This document shows positions 36,401 through 48,720 of a DNA stretch of 64,000 nt, in pieces. Under the pieces are notes generated by a model. It searched no databases and was not told the DNA's origin. It was given only the letters and a program-made list of their open reading frames with translations. Numbering within the stretch: the stretch's first letter is position 1; every line of letters begins with the position of its first letter. A program made the translations under genes and the position numbers. Origin of the DNA: Okamejei kenojei (Eukaryota); contig JAVHYY010000050.1 in NCBI GenBank assembly GCA_035221665.1, positions 1-64,000 of the forward strand. Reading direction: 5' to 3'.

Positions 36401-38423
36401 ACAAAATTGGGGCTGGTGGAAGGTTACCTTTGTATCTACCCATTTCTCCCCTTCTCTCGCAATCTGCAAAGAAAAGAAAAATAATCTTGTCAATTATGAA
36501 TTAAAATGAAGATATCTTCTTCTAAAAAAATAATCATCGTTCGTGCATTCTTATTAAACAAACCACTTGTTAAGAAATTAAGTGATAATACTCTCCTCCA
36601 GCTGTCCATATGTCCAGCTCTGCAACACATATCACGCAGCATCCCTCACCAGGTACATGTTTAGTCGCGGATTCCGTGAAATGTAAATCTTGAGCGGAAT
36701 TATTCTGTGTGATGGGGAAAATTGTGAACCATATTTCTCGCCATTTAGTGGCACAATCGCAACGAACTGTCCCTTGTACGACTAGTGTGTTTATTTGAAT
36801 GCAGCAGCCTCCATATTGCAAATGCTTGATTCAGTTGGTAAGTCTTACCTTCTCCGCTGTTGTCCCAATTGAAAGTTATATTGCATGTCCCATCAATATT
36901 TTGTTATTTCTCCCGATCAACTCTTTCAAAGCCTTACTATGTGGATTTTTACAACTTGCTGATCTCTACGTGAAGAATTTAGAAGTTTCTTTCCAGCTAA
37001 ATAAAGGTGAAAATTGGTTGTATGAATCTTTAATATTTTTATTTCAGCTCCCCCTTATTCCAACGCTTTTTCGCGCAGGTCTGAGCGGGGTGGTTCCGTA
37101 TCAATCGCATGTACATCTCCGGAGCTTATGTCTCCCGTGGTCTCGTGGCCTCTGTCTGCGGCGGAACCGTGCTCGGACCACTGTCTGGTGTGAGTGGACT
37201 TTATACTAGCGCGCACACCAGCTGGGTCAGCGTTATGGCACCTTAATAACCAGCTGCTGGAGGATAGGATAGCCGATTCCAAGATTTATTCTGTCGATTA
37301 TGGTGAAGTGACGAGAGAGGCGGAGGGGTATCCTTCCCTTAGGCAGTGGTGGGGTGTGGGAAAGACTTACATCATTTGGTCAGGGAGTTCACGTCGGGTT
37401 CGACCAGAAGGCGGTGGTCGCAGAGAATTAGTCAACACGGAGTCTCGCTTGGGTCGGATAAGTGAGCACTCCGTGAGTGGAAAGAATATTCATGAGAGGA
37501 ATGAGGCACGGGGGGACCTGCAGCTTCCAGCGGTCCCGAGATGCTTACATGAGGTCGCGGTTCCAGGTGCTGCACGATCTAGAGCGTGCATCACCTTCAT
37601 TTTTCTCTCTGGAAAAATGGCTCCCACGCGGATGACGTCTCCTTTGTTAAAGATCCAGAGAAGATCAGTGCTTTAGTTCGGTCATTTTTTGGGTCTCTGT
37701 CCTCCTCAGATGGATTCAGCGGGAAGACAAGCTGGTCCAGTGGAGGGTCTAACTGACTGCAGATAGAGAGTTGTTTGTGAACTCCTTGATGACCACTTTT
37801 TCATTGGAGGAGTTGCCTACATTGGAGGAGTGGCAAATCCCCAGCCGGTTTGGCAGACGGTAGAGTTTTCTGGGATGTCCTGGGGGTGTACTACATGAAG
37901 GTACCTGGGGTGTGGGGGGAGGGTGGGGGGGAAGTGGGGGGATAGGGAGCCTGGGGGGAGTGAGCGACTGGCGTCCGGTGAACTATGAGAGAAGGAATAG
38001 GTGACGTTTCTCTGGTCGAGGCCTTCTGCAGACTGATGTGGGGGTTGGGGGGCGGATGAAAAATGGGAGAGGCGGAGACAGTGGGGCTATGGGAGAGCTG
38101 GGAAGGGGAGGGGATGCAGGAGAAATCAAGGACTACTAAAATTGGAGAAGTCAATGTTCATACCGCAGGGGTGTAAACTACCAAGCGAAATATGAGTGCC
38201 AATTTGCGGTGGGCCGGACTGTGTTCTGGCCCTCCTCCATGGCCAGAATGAGTTATGTAGGTTAATGTTATGTAGTTCCCATCATGGTCCAGTGGTCCGG
38301 TTTCGATTTCCGTTCAGTGAAGGGAGATTTTATTTTCTCCAGTGCGGAACTGAGCAGCTCCCAACTTCTTCACATTGTGCACCCCCAACAGCACGTAAAT
38401 AGTGGGCAGTTCATCAGTCTTTA
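28790..38423 (+). repeat. Tandem duplication of a 4.4-kb unit (28790-33152 and 33975-38423) separated by a CR1 3' fragment (33153-33970, minus strand)
   Basis: Colinear, highly similar sequence from CTTAAAACGT..GGATAACATTAG to GTTCATCAGTCTTTAT. Confidence 0.88.
31800..32640 (+). mobile_element. Highly decayed Tx1/L1-like LINE fragment (duplicate at about 37020-37880)
   Basis: SRIDRMY, LWHLNNQLLED, QWWGVGK, SRVQML...FFSLEK motifs. Confidence 0.6.
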
Positions 38424-38683
38424 TACTAACGTCTGCTGCTGCTCGTAAGTATACTGATACAAATTGGCCACGTAGTGAATGAGTTTTAAAACAGTTTTAG
38501 TCTGTGCTGTTTGTGTCTGCGCTCGTGTGTATGTAAAATGTGAGACTTAATAATCGGCGAACTGATGTTACCTGGCCACCTGACGTCACTGAATATTTAA
38601 AGGCCAGGGCCGATTTTCCATTTCAGCCCATTTCCCGCTATTATACCCAGATATGTATCCGATTACATTCACTCGCCCCCCCC

Positions 38684-38747
<64 letters not shown>

Positions 38748-39106
38748 GTCTCTCTCTCCCTCCGTCCCTCTCACTTCCCTCTCTCTCTCCATCTTATCTC
38801 TCTTCTCTCTCTCTCTCTCTCTATCTGTGCTCCCCTCTCCCTACCTCTCCCTCTCCCTCTCTTCCCCCCTCTCTCCCTCCTCTCCACTCCCTATCCCCCT
38901 ACCTCTTCATCTCTCCCCCCCTATCTCTCCCTCCTCTCTCTCTTTGTCTTCCCAGAATAATTTTGCTTCTTCATTTATCTTGTAATCTTCCTACTTCCCC
39001 ACGCAACGTGTATTCAATCACACAGACTGGGGTTATCGGATTGCGCCGAGATGTTCTGGCTGTGACCCGTACCGTGGGGGGGACAAGCTATCTCACTGCG
39101 CGGTGT

Positions 39107-39415
39107 CACTGTGCGATGCGCGGACTCATCCCACAGTAACAACACAGCCTGGTCGCTCGGCAGTACTTCAGATAGCGGTTAACTGACTGATTTTCTGGCC
39201 AGGATCCGAGAGAACCAGTAATACTTCGGCACCTTTCCTTATCTGACTTTCCTGAATGTGTCCTTTGAAGCAGGAATTTCAGAGATTGCCCTGGGAACTG
39301 TCGGTACCAGTGTACTGTGTACGAGCAAATTCCCGGAATACGCAGTAAGAAGTAAACAGTGTCCAACAGAAAGAGAGGTTTGTTGAGGCGGACTCTGGAT
39401 CCCGCGGAAATGGAA
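39107..39415 (-). pseudogene. TRDV: Third, orphan and degenerate copy of the supporting TCR-delta V
   Basis: GICSYTVHWYRQFPGQSLKFLLQR and YCGMSPRI recognisable; heptamer at 39113-39107 intact, but nonamer and acceptor garbled; many indels; no NAR V-D-J of its own. Confidence 0.75.
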
Positions 39416-39837
39416 GCAGAAAATAGTAGAATTGTTATTGTTTTAACATTGACTGTTGGAGACTATGACAAGCTCAGAGGGGTTACCGTCAGTCTAGTTC
39501 ATCACATTTTTGAAAAATGTAATGAAACATTATTGAAGTAATTGTTTCCTACCAGGAGATGAATTTAAATTTCCGTTTAGGTTAGTTTCCTTTAGTTCCA
39601 GTTTAGTTTTTCAGTTTAGTTTAGTTTAATTTAGGACACAGCGCGGAATCGGGGCCTCGGCCTACCTTCCGCAACGCCCTGCACCCAGCCAACATTAAAC
39701 ACTACCCACACACACATGGATAATGAACATTTAGGAAAGTCAATTACCCTTTTAACTGTCCGTATTTGAGTGTGGGGAGAAACCCTAGGATCTCAGAGAA
39801 AACCCACGCAGATTATGGGCAGAAACATAAACTCCGT

Positions 39838-42800
39838 AACATAACCATATAACCATCTAACAATTAACAGCACGTAAACAGGCCTCTCGCCCTTCCAGTT
39901 CCGTTTCCCTCCCATCCCTCTACAACTCAGACCATACCCCTCCATTCCCTTCACGGCCATAACCTATTACTTTTAAAATGTTAAAATCGATCCTGCCTCC
40001 ACCACTTTCTGCTGTAAACTCATTCCACACAGCCACCACCCTTGAGTAAAGAAGTTCCCCATCACGTTTACCAAATTCTGTTCCCTTAATTCTCATGTTC
40101 CCCTGTTTGAATCTTCCCTACCCTCAATGGGAAAAACGTATCCACGTCACTCTGTCTATCCAACATCAAAGACCTCAATCAATCCCCCCTTAACCTTCTG
40201 CGCTCCAAAGAATAAAGACCTAATAACTTGTTTAAAAACTTTTTTCTGTAACATAGTTGCTGGAAACCTTGGCAACATTCTAGTAAATCTCCTCTGCACT
40301 CTCTATTTTGTTAACATCCTTCCTATAATTAGGCGACAAAATTGTACACCATACTCCAGAATTGGTCTTACCAATGCTTTGTAAATTTTAACATTAACTT
40401 CCCTACTCCTCTAAATTCAATGCTCTGATTTATAAAGGCCAGCACACCAAAGGCTTTCTTTACCACCTATCTACATGCGATTCCACCTTCAGGGTACTAT
40501 GATCAGTTATTCCTAGATCCCTCTGTTCACAGCATTCCTCAATTCCTACCATTTACCAATGTACGTCCTATTTTGATTTGTCTCTGCCAAGATGTAGCAC
40601 TTCCATCTTAACGCATTAAATCCATCTGCCATCTTTCAGCCCACTTTTCCAATGGCCCAAAATCTCTCTGTAGACTTTGAAAATATACTTCATTATCCAC
40701 AACACCACCTATCTTAGTATCATCTGCATACTTAATTATCCAATTTTCCACCCCCATCATCCAGATCATTGATGTAAATGACAAACAAAACAGTGGACCC
40801 AACACAGATCCCGAGGCACCCCTCCTGGTCACCGGCTTCCAAACTGACAAAACAGCCATCCACATTTACTCTATGACATCTCCCCATTCAGCCACTGTTG
40901 ATTCCATCTTGCTACTCCACCATTAACATCCCAAGATTGAACCTTCTTAACCAACCTTCCATGGGGAACCTTGTCAAAGGCCGTACTGAAATCCATATAG
41001 ACAACATCCACTGCTTTAGCCTCATCTATTTCCCTAGTTACCGCTTCAAAAAATTCAAGAAGGTTTGTCAAAACATGACCTTCCGCACAAATCCATGTGA
41101 CTGTTCCTGATCAGACCCTGTTTATCCAGATGCTTATATAATATTATCTCTAAGTATCCTTTCCTTAATTTGCCACCACTGACGTTCAAACTAATAGGTC
41201 TATAATTGCTAGGAGTTTTTTCCTTTGAACCCTTTTTTAAACATGGAACAACATGCGCAGTACGCCAATCCTCCGGCACTATTCCGTTTCTAATGACATT
41301 TGAAATATTTCTGTCATAGCTCCTGATATTTCTACACTAAATTGCCACCCTCAATGTCCTAGGGAATATTTCTGACCCGCAGGACCTGGAGACTTATCCA
41401 CTATTATATATTTTTCAAAAGTTCAGTACTTTCCATAATCCCTTATATCACAGAGTTCAATATCTTCCTCTTGGTGAATACCGAAGAAAAATGAATTGTT
41501 CCAATATCCCCATCTCTTTGAAAACCCTCGTTATCATTTTGCCTATTAATATTGCTAGTAGAAAACCCCTACCCTTTGGCTTTTCTTTCTTGCCACAAGA
41601 GCAACCTCATATCTTCTTTTAGCCTTCCTATTTCTTTCTTAAGATTCAATTTTACATTCTTTATACTCATCTCCTCATTTTACTCCCCTCTCTCTTTTTT
41701 TCGAAACAAGTGAATTTTCCCTTGAAAAAGAATTTTACTAATTTCCTTTCATTTCCTTCAACCTAACAGGGACATACAGATTCTGTACTCTTACAATTTT
41801 CCCCTTTAAATGTCCTCCATTTCTCTTCCACATCCTTCCCATGAAACAAAGTGTCCCAATTCACTCCTTTAAAATCCTTACGCATTACCTCAAAGTTAGC
41901 CTTTCTCCAATCAAAAATCTCCACCCTAGGTCCAGTTTTGACTTTCTCCATAATTATATTGAAACTAATGGTATTGTGATCACTGGTCCCGAAGTGCTCA
42001 CCAACGCATACCTCCGTCACCTGACCTTCCTCATTTCCTAACAGGAGGCACTGCCCCTTCTCTGGTCGATACCCCTATGTACTGCTGCAAAATACTATCC
42101 TGCACACATTTTACAAACTCCAAACCATCCAGCCCATTTACTGCAGAATGTGTTTCCCAGTCTATTTTGGAAAATTGAAATTCCCACAATCACTTACCTT
42201 GTGTTACTACTAATATTGCTATCTCGTTAATATTTGCTCTTCCAATCTCGCTCCCCATTTGGCGGTCTATAATTAAACCCCTAAAAGTGTTGCTACAGCG
42301 TTCCCACTTCTCAGTTCACCCAAATAGCCTCCCTAGACGAGCTCTCTAATCTATCCTGCCAAAGAACTGCTGTAATATCTTCTCTGACAAGCAATGCACA
42401 CCTCCCCCTCTGGTCCCTCAATTTTATCACACCTGAAGCAACGAAATCCTGGAATATTTAGTTTTTACAATCACAGCCCTCCTGCAACCATGTTTAACTG
42501 ATTGCCACAACATCATATTTCCAGGTGTCAATCCAGGGCTCTAAGTTCATCACCTTACTTACAATGCTCCTAGCATTAAAATATACACATTTTAGAAAAC
42601 CCACCATCTCCTTATTCTCTGTCTATTATCTTTTTCATCGTTCTCGGCCTACATTTTGGGTCGCGTGCTTCCCTTCTCTGCCTCTTGCCCCACACCCTGA
42701 ACCCTAGCCCCCTCTACCGAGTCCCTCCCCCATGCCTTTATAGATTTAAAGGTCCTCCCCAGTAGCTTTGCAAAATCTCCTTGCCAGGGTATTGAGTCCC

Positions 42801-44032
42801 CCTCCGGGTTCAAGTGCAACCCGTCTTTGTGTACAGATCATGCCTTCCCCAAAAAGACGTTCCCAGTGATCAAGAAAACTTGAAATCCCTGCCACTGCAC
42901 CCAGTCGCTCAGCACGCATTTTATCCTCCACCTCATTTCATTCCTACTCTCACTGTCACGCGGCAAGGCAGAGTGATCCTGAAATCGTTACCCTTTTGGT
43001 CTTCTCCTTAACTTTCCCCCACTCCTTAAATTTTCCCTTCAGGACCTCGTCACCTTTTCTGCCTATGTCATTGGTACCTATGTGTACCACAAAACATCAG
43101 GCTCCTCTCCCTCCTTATCAGAATCTTTTGGACACGTTGTAACACATGCGGGAACCCTGGCACCAGGGTGGCAAACTACCATCCGGGTTCTCCGACTGCG
43201 TCCACAGAATCGCCTATCCGACCCCCTAACTATAGAGTCCCTATTACAATTGCCCTCCTCTTTTTTGCTACCCTTATGAGCATCAGGGCCGGTCTCTGTG
43301 CCCGGAGGCCCGGTCGCTGTTGCTGCCCCCCCAGCTAGGCTGTCCTCCAATCGTACTCAAACCGAGTACCTATTTCCATCCGCACGTGTACAGTCACAGG
43401 GGTTATTCCTCTAGAACCCTGCCACTGCGCCTTGCCCTTCCTAACTGTGACCCACTTGTCTGCCTCCTGTGGTCTGGAGTGACTACCTCCCTGTAGCTCC
43501 TCTCTATTACCTCCCTCACTCTCCCTGACCAGTCGGAGGTCATCGAGCTCCTGTCTCCAGGTTCCTTATCACACAGTCCTTTAGGAGCCCCATCTCAAGA
43601 GCACACCTGGCGCAGATGTGGATGTCTGGAGGGCTATCAGATTGCCTGACCTCCCACATCTGACATCCAGAACAGTACACTGCCCTTGCCTTCATACTGC
43701 CCCCTTACACAGGATACAATATCAACACAATACAAAGTACACAACAAACTGCAGGAATCTGACTGCCAATCAGCTGCTTACCCTAGTCCACTTCCCACCA
43801 ATCAGCGGCTTCCTAAAAAAAACCCACTTCTCCAAATGGAATGTTATAGATTTAGGTAAGCCCCGCGCTTGATTTTTAACCTTACCGGTCGGTTGTCGCT
43901 CCTCCCCCTCCTCCTCTTCCAACGGCTCCTGTGGGCCTCTGAAAAATCAAGCCCAGCGCTTGATTTTTAACCTTACCGGTCGGGTGTCGCTCCTCCCCCT
44001 CCTCCTCTTCCAACGGCTCCTGTGGGCCTCTG
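39838..44032 (-). mobile_element. Near full-length CR1 (ORF1 SGNH-esterase-like plus ORF2), very indel-rich
   Basis: DSIVRGSDRRFCG...VVCHPGARV at 43078-43350; RT fragments; (TATGGTTA)n tail; about 90-bp tandem repeat in the 5' region (43857-44032). Confidence 0.8.
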
Positions 44033-44298
44033 GACGTCTAGTTATACTAGTACGTCTGCTGCTGCTTCGTAAAGTATACTGATACAAATTGGCAACAGTA
44101 GATGAATGAGATTTTAAAACAGTTTTAGTCTGTGCTTGTTTGTGTTGCGGTCGTGTGTATGTAAAATTGTGAGAATAAAATCGGCGGCTGATGTTTACCT
44201 GGCCACTGACGTCTACTTTAAAATAGCCAGGGCCGATTTTCCATTTCAGCTCCATTGCCGCCTATTATACCCAGATATATATCTGTTACATTCACCTC

Positions 44299-44344
<46 letters not shown>

Positions 44345-44739
44345 TCCCGCTCCCTCTCCCTCTCCCTCTCTCTCTCCCTCTCTCTCTCTGTCGGGGTGTC
44401 TGTCTGTCTCTTCTCTCCCTCTCTCTCTCTATCCCCTCTCTCGCCACCTCTCTCTCTCTCTCTCTCTCTGCTCCCTTCTCCTCTACCTCTCCCTCTCCCT
44501 CTTCCCCCCCCTAGATCTCTCCTCCCTCTCCCCTCTACCTCTCCCTCTCCCTCTCACCCCCCTCTCTCTCCCTCTCTCTCTCTGTCTTCCCAGAATAATT
44601 TTGCTTCTGTCATTTATCTTTGTAATCTTTCTTTTGTTTCCTTCCCACGCAACGTGTAGTCAATCCACACTAGACTGGGGTTCTCGGATTGCGCCGCAGA
44701 TGTTCTGCTGTGCTGTGTGTCTGTATTCCGCCACGCTGA

Positions 44740-44778
44740 GGTTTTGGTACAGCTATCTCACTGCGCGGTGTCACTGTG
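44740..44778 (-). other. RSS (23-bp spacer) of supporting V-delta 2
   Basis: CACAGTG (44778-44772), 23-nt spacer, ACCAAAACC (44748-44740). Confidence 0.92.
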
Positions 44779-45087
44779 CGATGCGCGGACTCATCCCACA
44801 GTAATACACAGCCTGGTCGCTCGGCAGTACTTCAGATAGCGTTAACTGACTGATTTTCTGGTCAGGATCGAGAGAACCAGTAATACGACCTTTCGGCAGC
44901 CTCTTTCGTTATCTGGCTTTCTGAAGCGTGTCTTTGGAGCAGGAATTCCAGAGATTGCCCGGGAAAACTGTATGGTACCAGTGTATTGTGTACGAGCAAA
45001 TTCCGGAATATACGCAGTTAAGAGTAACAGTGTCACCAGAAAGAGAGGTTTGTTGAGGCGGACTCTGGGATCCCGCGGAAATGGAAT
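44779..45087 (-). pseudogene. TRDV: Supporting TCR-delta V of cassette 2; frameshifted as assembled (possibly consensus errors)
   Basis: Close paralog of 7093-7398 with intact acceptor, CDR1 Cys (SGICSY) and YYCGMSPRI end, but about five 1-nt indels (net +3), mostly in short homopolymers. Confidence 0.8.
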
Positions 45088-45537
45088 CTGCAGAAAATAG
45101 TAGAATTGTTATTGTTTTCACATTGACTGTTGGAGACTATGACATGCGCAGAGAGGGGTTACCGTCTCCAGTAGTTCATCACATTTTTGAAAAATGTATG
45201 GAAACATTATTTATGAATCTTGTAATTGTTCCTACCAGGAGTTGAATTTAAATTTCGTTTAGCTTAGTTTCCTTTAGTTCCATTTAGTTTACTTTAGTTC
45301 AGTTTAGTTTAGTTTAATTTAGGGACACAGCGCGGAAACGGGCCCTCGGCCTACCTTCCGCACCGCCCTGCAATCCCAGCACATTAACACTACCCCACAC
45401 ACACGATGGATAATTAACATTTATGGAAAGTCAATTACCCTTTTAAACTGTCCGTATTTGGAGTGTGGGAAGAAACCCTAGATCTCAAAGAAAACCCACG
45501 CAGATTATGGGCAGAAAACATAAACTCCGTAGGGACA

Positions 45538-48500
45538 AATAACCATGTAACCATATAACAATTACAGCACGGAAACAGGCCCTCTCGGCCCTTCCAGTCC
45601 GTGCCGACCATTTGTTTTCCCCTAGTCCCATCTACCTACACTCAGACCATACCCCTCCATTCCCTTCACCTCCATATACCTATCCACTTTACTTTTAAAT
45701 GTTAAAATAGATCCTGCCTCCACCACTTCTGCTGGAAGCTCATTCCACACAGCCACCACCCTCTGAGTAAAGAAGTTCCCCCTCACGTTACCCCTAAACT
45801 TCTGTCCCTTAATTCTCATGTCATGCCCTCTTGTTTGAATCTTCCCTACCCTCAATGGGAAAAACGTATCCACGTCAACTCTGTCTATCCCTTTCATCAT
45901 TTTAAAGACCTCAATCAAGTCCCCCCTTAACCTTCTGCGCTCCAAAGAATAAAGACCTAACTTGTTTAACTTTTCTCTGTAACATAGTTGCTGGAAACCT
46001 GGCAACATTCTAGTAAATCTCGTCTGCACTCTCTATTTTGTTGACATCTTTCCTATAATTAGGCGACCAAAATTGTACACCATACTCCAGAATTGGTCTT
46101 ACCAATGCCTTGTACAATTTTAACATTACTTCCCTACTCCTATATTCAATGCTCTGATTTATAAAGGCCAGCACACCAAAGGCTTTCTTTACCACCCTAT
46201 CTACATGCGATTCCACCTTCAGGGAACTATTCACAGTTATTCCTATATCCCTCTGTTCCACAGCATTCCTCAATTCCCTACCATTTACCATGTACGTCCT
46301 ATTTTGATGTGTCCTGCCAAGATGTAGCACTTCACACTTAACGGCATTAAACTCCATCTGCCATCTTTCAGCCCACTTTTCCAAATGGCCCAAATCTCTC
46401 TGTAGACTTTGAAAATCTACTTCATTATCCACAACACCACCTATCATCTGCATACTTACTTATCCAATTTTCCACCCCATCATCCAGATCATTGATGTAA
46501 ATGACAAACAACAGTGGACCCAACACAGATCCCGGAGGCACCCCTCTGGTCACCGGCTTCCAAACTGACAAACAGCCATCCACCATTACTCTCTGACTTC
46601 TCCCATTCAGCCACTGTTGATTCCATCTTGCTACTCCACCATTAACACCCAAAGATTGAACCTTCTTAACCAACCTTCCATGGGGAACCTTGTCAAAGGC
46701 CTTACTGAAATCCATATAGACAACATCCACTGCTTTAGCCTCATCTATTTCCCTAGTTACCGCTTCAAAAAATTCATGAAGGTTTGTCAAACATGACCTT
46801 TCATGCACAAATCCATGTTGACTGTTCCTGATCAGACCCTGTTTATCCAGATGCTTATATATATTATCTCTAAGTATCCTTTCCATTAATTTGCCCACCA
46901 CTGACATCAAACTAATAGGTCTATAATTGCTAGGTTTATTCTTTGAACCCTTTTTAAACAATGGAACAACATGCGCAGTACGACAATCCTCCGGCACTAT
47001 TCCCGTTTCCAATGACATTTGAAATATTTCTGTCACAGCTCCTGCTATTTCTACACTAACTTCCCTCAATGTCCTAGGGAATATCCTGGCTGGACCTGGA
47101 GACTTATCCACTTTTATATTTTTTAAAATATTTTTATATTTGTCAGTACTTCCTCCTCTTTGAATCTCATAGTTTCCATAGCTACTCTACTTTTTCCCCT
47201 TAACTCACAGAGTTCAATATCCTTCTCCTTGGTGAATACCGAAGAAAATAAATTGTTCAATATCTCCCCCATCTTATTTGGCTCTGCAGATAGCTGTCCA
47301 TTCTGGTTCTCTAATGGTCCAATTTTATCCCTCGTTATCCCTTTGCTATTAATATAGCTGTAGAAACCCTTTGGGTTTACTTTCACCTTTCTTGCCAAAG
47401 CAACCTCATATCTTCTTTTAGCCTTCCTAATTTCTTTCTTAAGATTCTTTTTACATTCTTTATACTCCTCTAGCACCTCATTTACTCAATGCCTCCTATA
47501 ATTATTGTGGATATCTCTCTTTTTTCGAAAAAGTGTCCAATTTCCCTTGAAAACCATGGCTCTTTCCAATTTTTACTATTTCCTTTCAACCTAACAGGGA
47601 CATAAAGATTCTGTACTCTTACAATTTCCCCTTTAAATGTCCTCCATTTCTCTTCTACATCCTTCCCATGAAACAAAGTGTCCCTATTCACTCCTTTAAA
47701 ATCCTTACGCATTCCCTCAAAGTTAGCCTTTCTCCAATCAAAAATCTGCACCCTAGGTCCAGTTCTGACTCTCTCCATAATTATATTGAAACTAATGGTG
47801 GGTTACACAAAATGCTGGAGAAACTCAGCGGGTGCAGCAGCATCTAAGGAGCGAAGGAGATATGCGACGTTTCGGGTCGAGACCCTTCTTCAGGTCTGAA
47901 GAAGTGTCTCGACCCGAAACGTCGCCCATCTCCTTCGCTCCTTAGATGCTGCTGCACCCGCTGAGTTTCTCCAGCATTTTGTGTAACGCTCGATTCTCCA
48001 GCATCTGCAGTTTCTTCGTTAACACTTTGAAACTAATGGTATTGTGATCACTGGTCCCGAAGTGCTCACCAACGCATACCTCCGTCACCTGACCTGCCTC
48101 ATTTCCCAACAGGAGGTCCAGCACTGCCCCTTCTCTGGTCGATACTTCTATGTACTGCTGCAAAAAAACTATCCTGCACACATTTTACAAACTCCAAACC
48201 ATCCAGCCCATTTGCAGAATGTGTTTCCCAGTCTATGTTTGGAAAATTGAAATCTCCCACAATCACTACCTTGTGCTTACTACTAATATCTGCTATCTCC
48301 TTACATATTTGCTCTTCCAATTCACGCTCCCCATTTGGCGGTCTATAATACACCCCTAAAAGTGTTGCTACACCGTTCCCACTTCTCAGTTCTACCCAAA
48401 TAGCCTCCCTAGACGAGCCCTCTAATCTATCCTGCCAAAGCACTGCTGTAATATCTTCTCTGACAAGCAATGCAACACATCCCCCTCTGGTCCCTCCAAT

Positions 48501-48720
48501 TCTATCACACCTGAAGCAACGAAATCCTGGAATATTTAGTTTCCAATCACAGCCCTCCTGCAACCATGTTTAGCTGATTGCCACAACATCATATTTCCAG
48601 GTGTCAATCCAGGCTCTAAGTTCATCCACCTTACTTATAATGCTCCTAGCATTAAAATATACACATTTTAGAAACCCACCATCCCTTATTCTCTGTCTAT
48701 TATCTTTTTCATCTTTCTCG
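45538..48720 (-). mobile_element. 5'-truncated CR1 inserted in the SINE of the J2 to V-delta intron
   Basis: ORFs 48099-48563 (EN), 46425-47111 (RT) and 45622-46453; the SINE resumes at 48721. Confidence 0.9.
47800..48026. mobile_element. Palindromic Penelope-derived mini-element with back-to-back hammerhead motifs
   Basis: About 92-bp inverted arms 47802-47893 / 47896-47987; 14-bp TSD TTGAAACTAATGGT (47786-47799 / 48027-48040). Confidence 0.88.

Noticed and set aside
38540-39139. Long Ser/Leu/Pro-rich ORFs (also 44136-44804)
   Set aside because: Translations of (TC)n microsatellites
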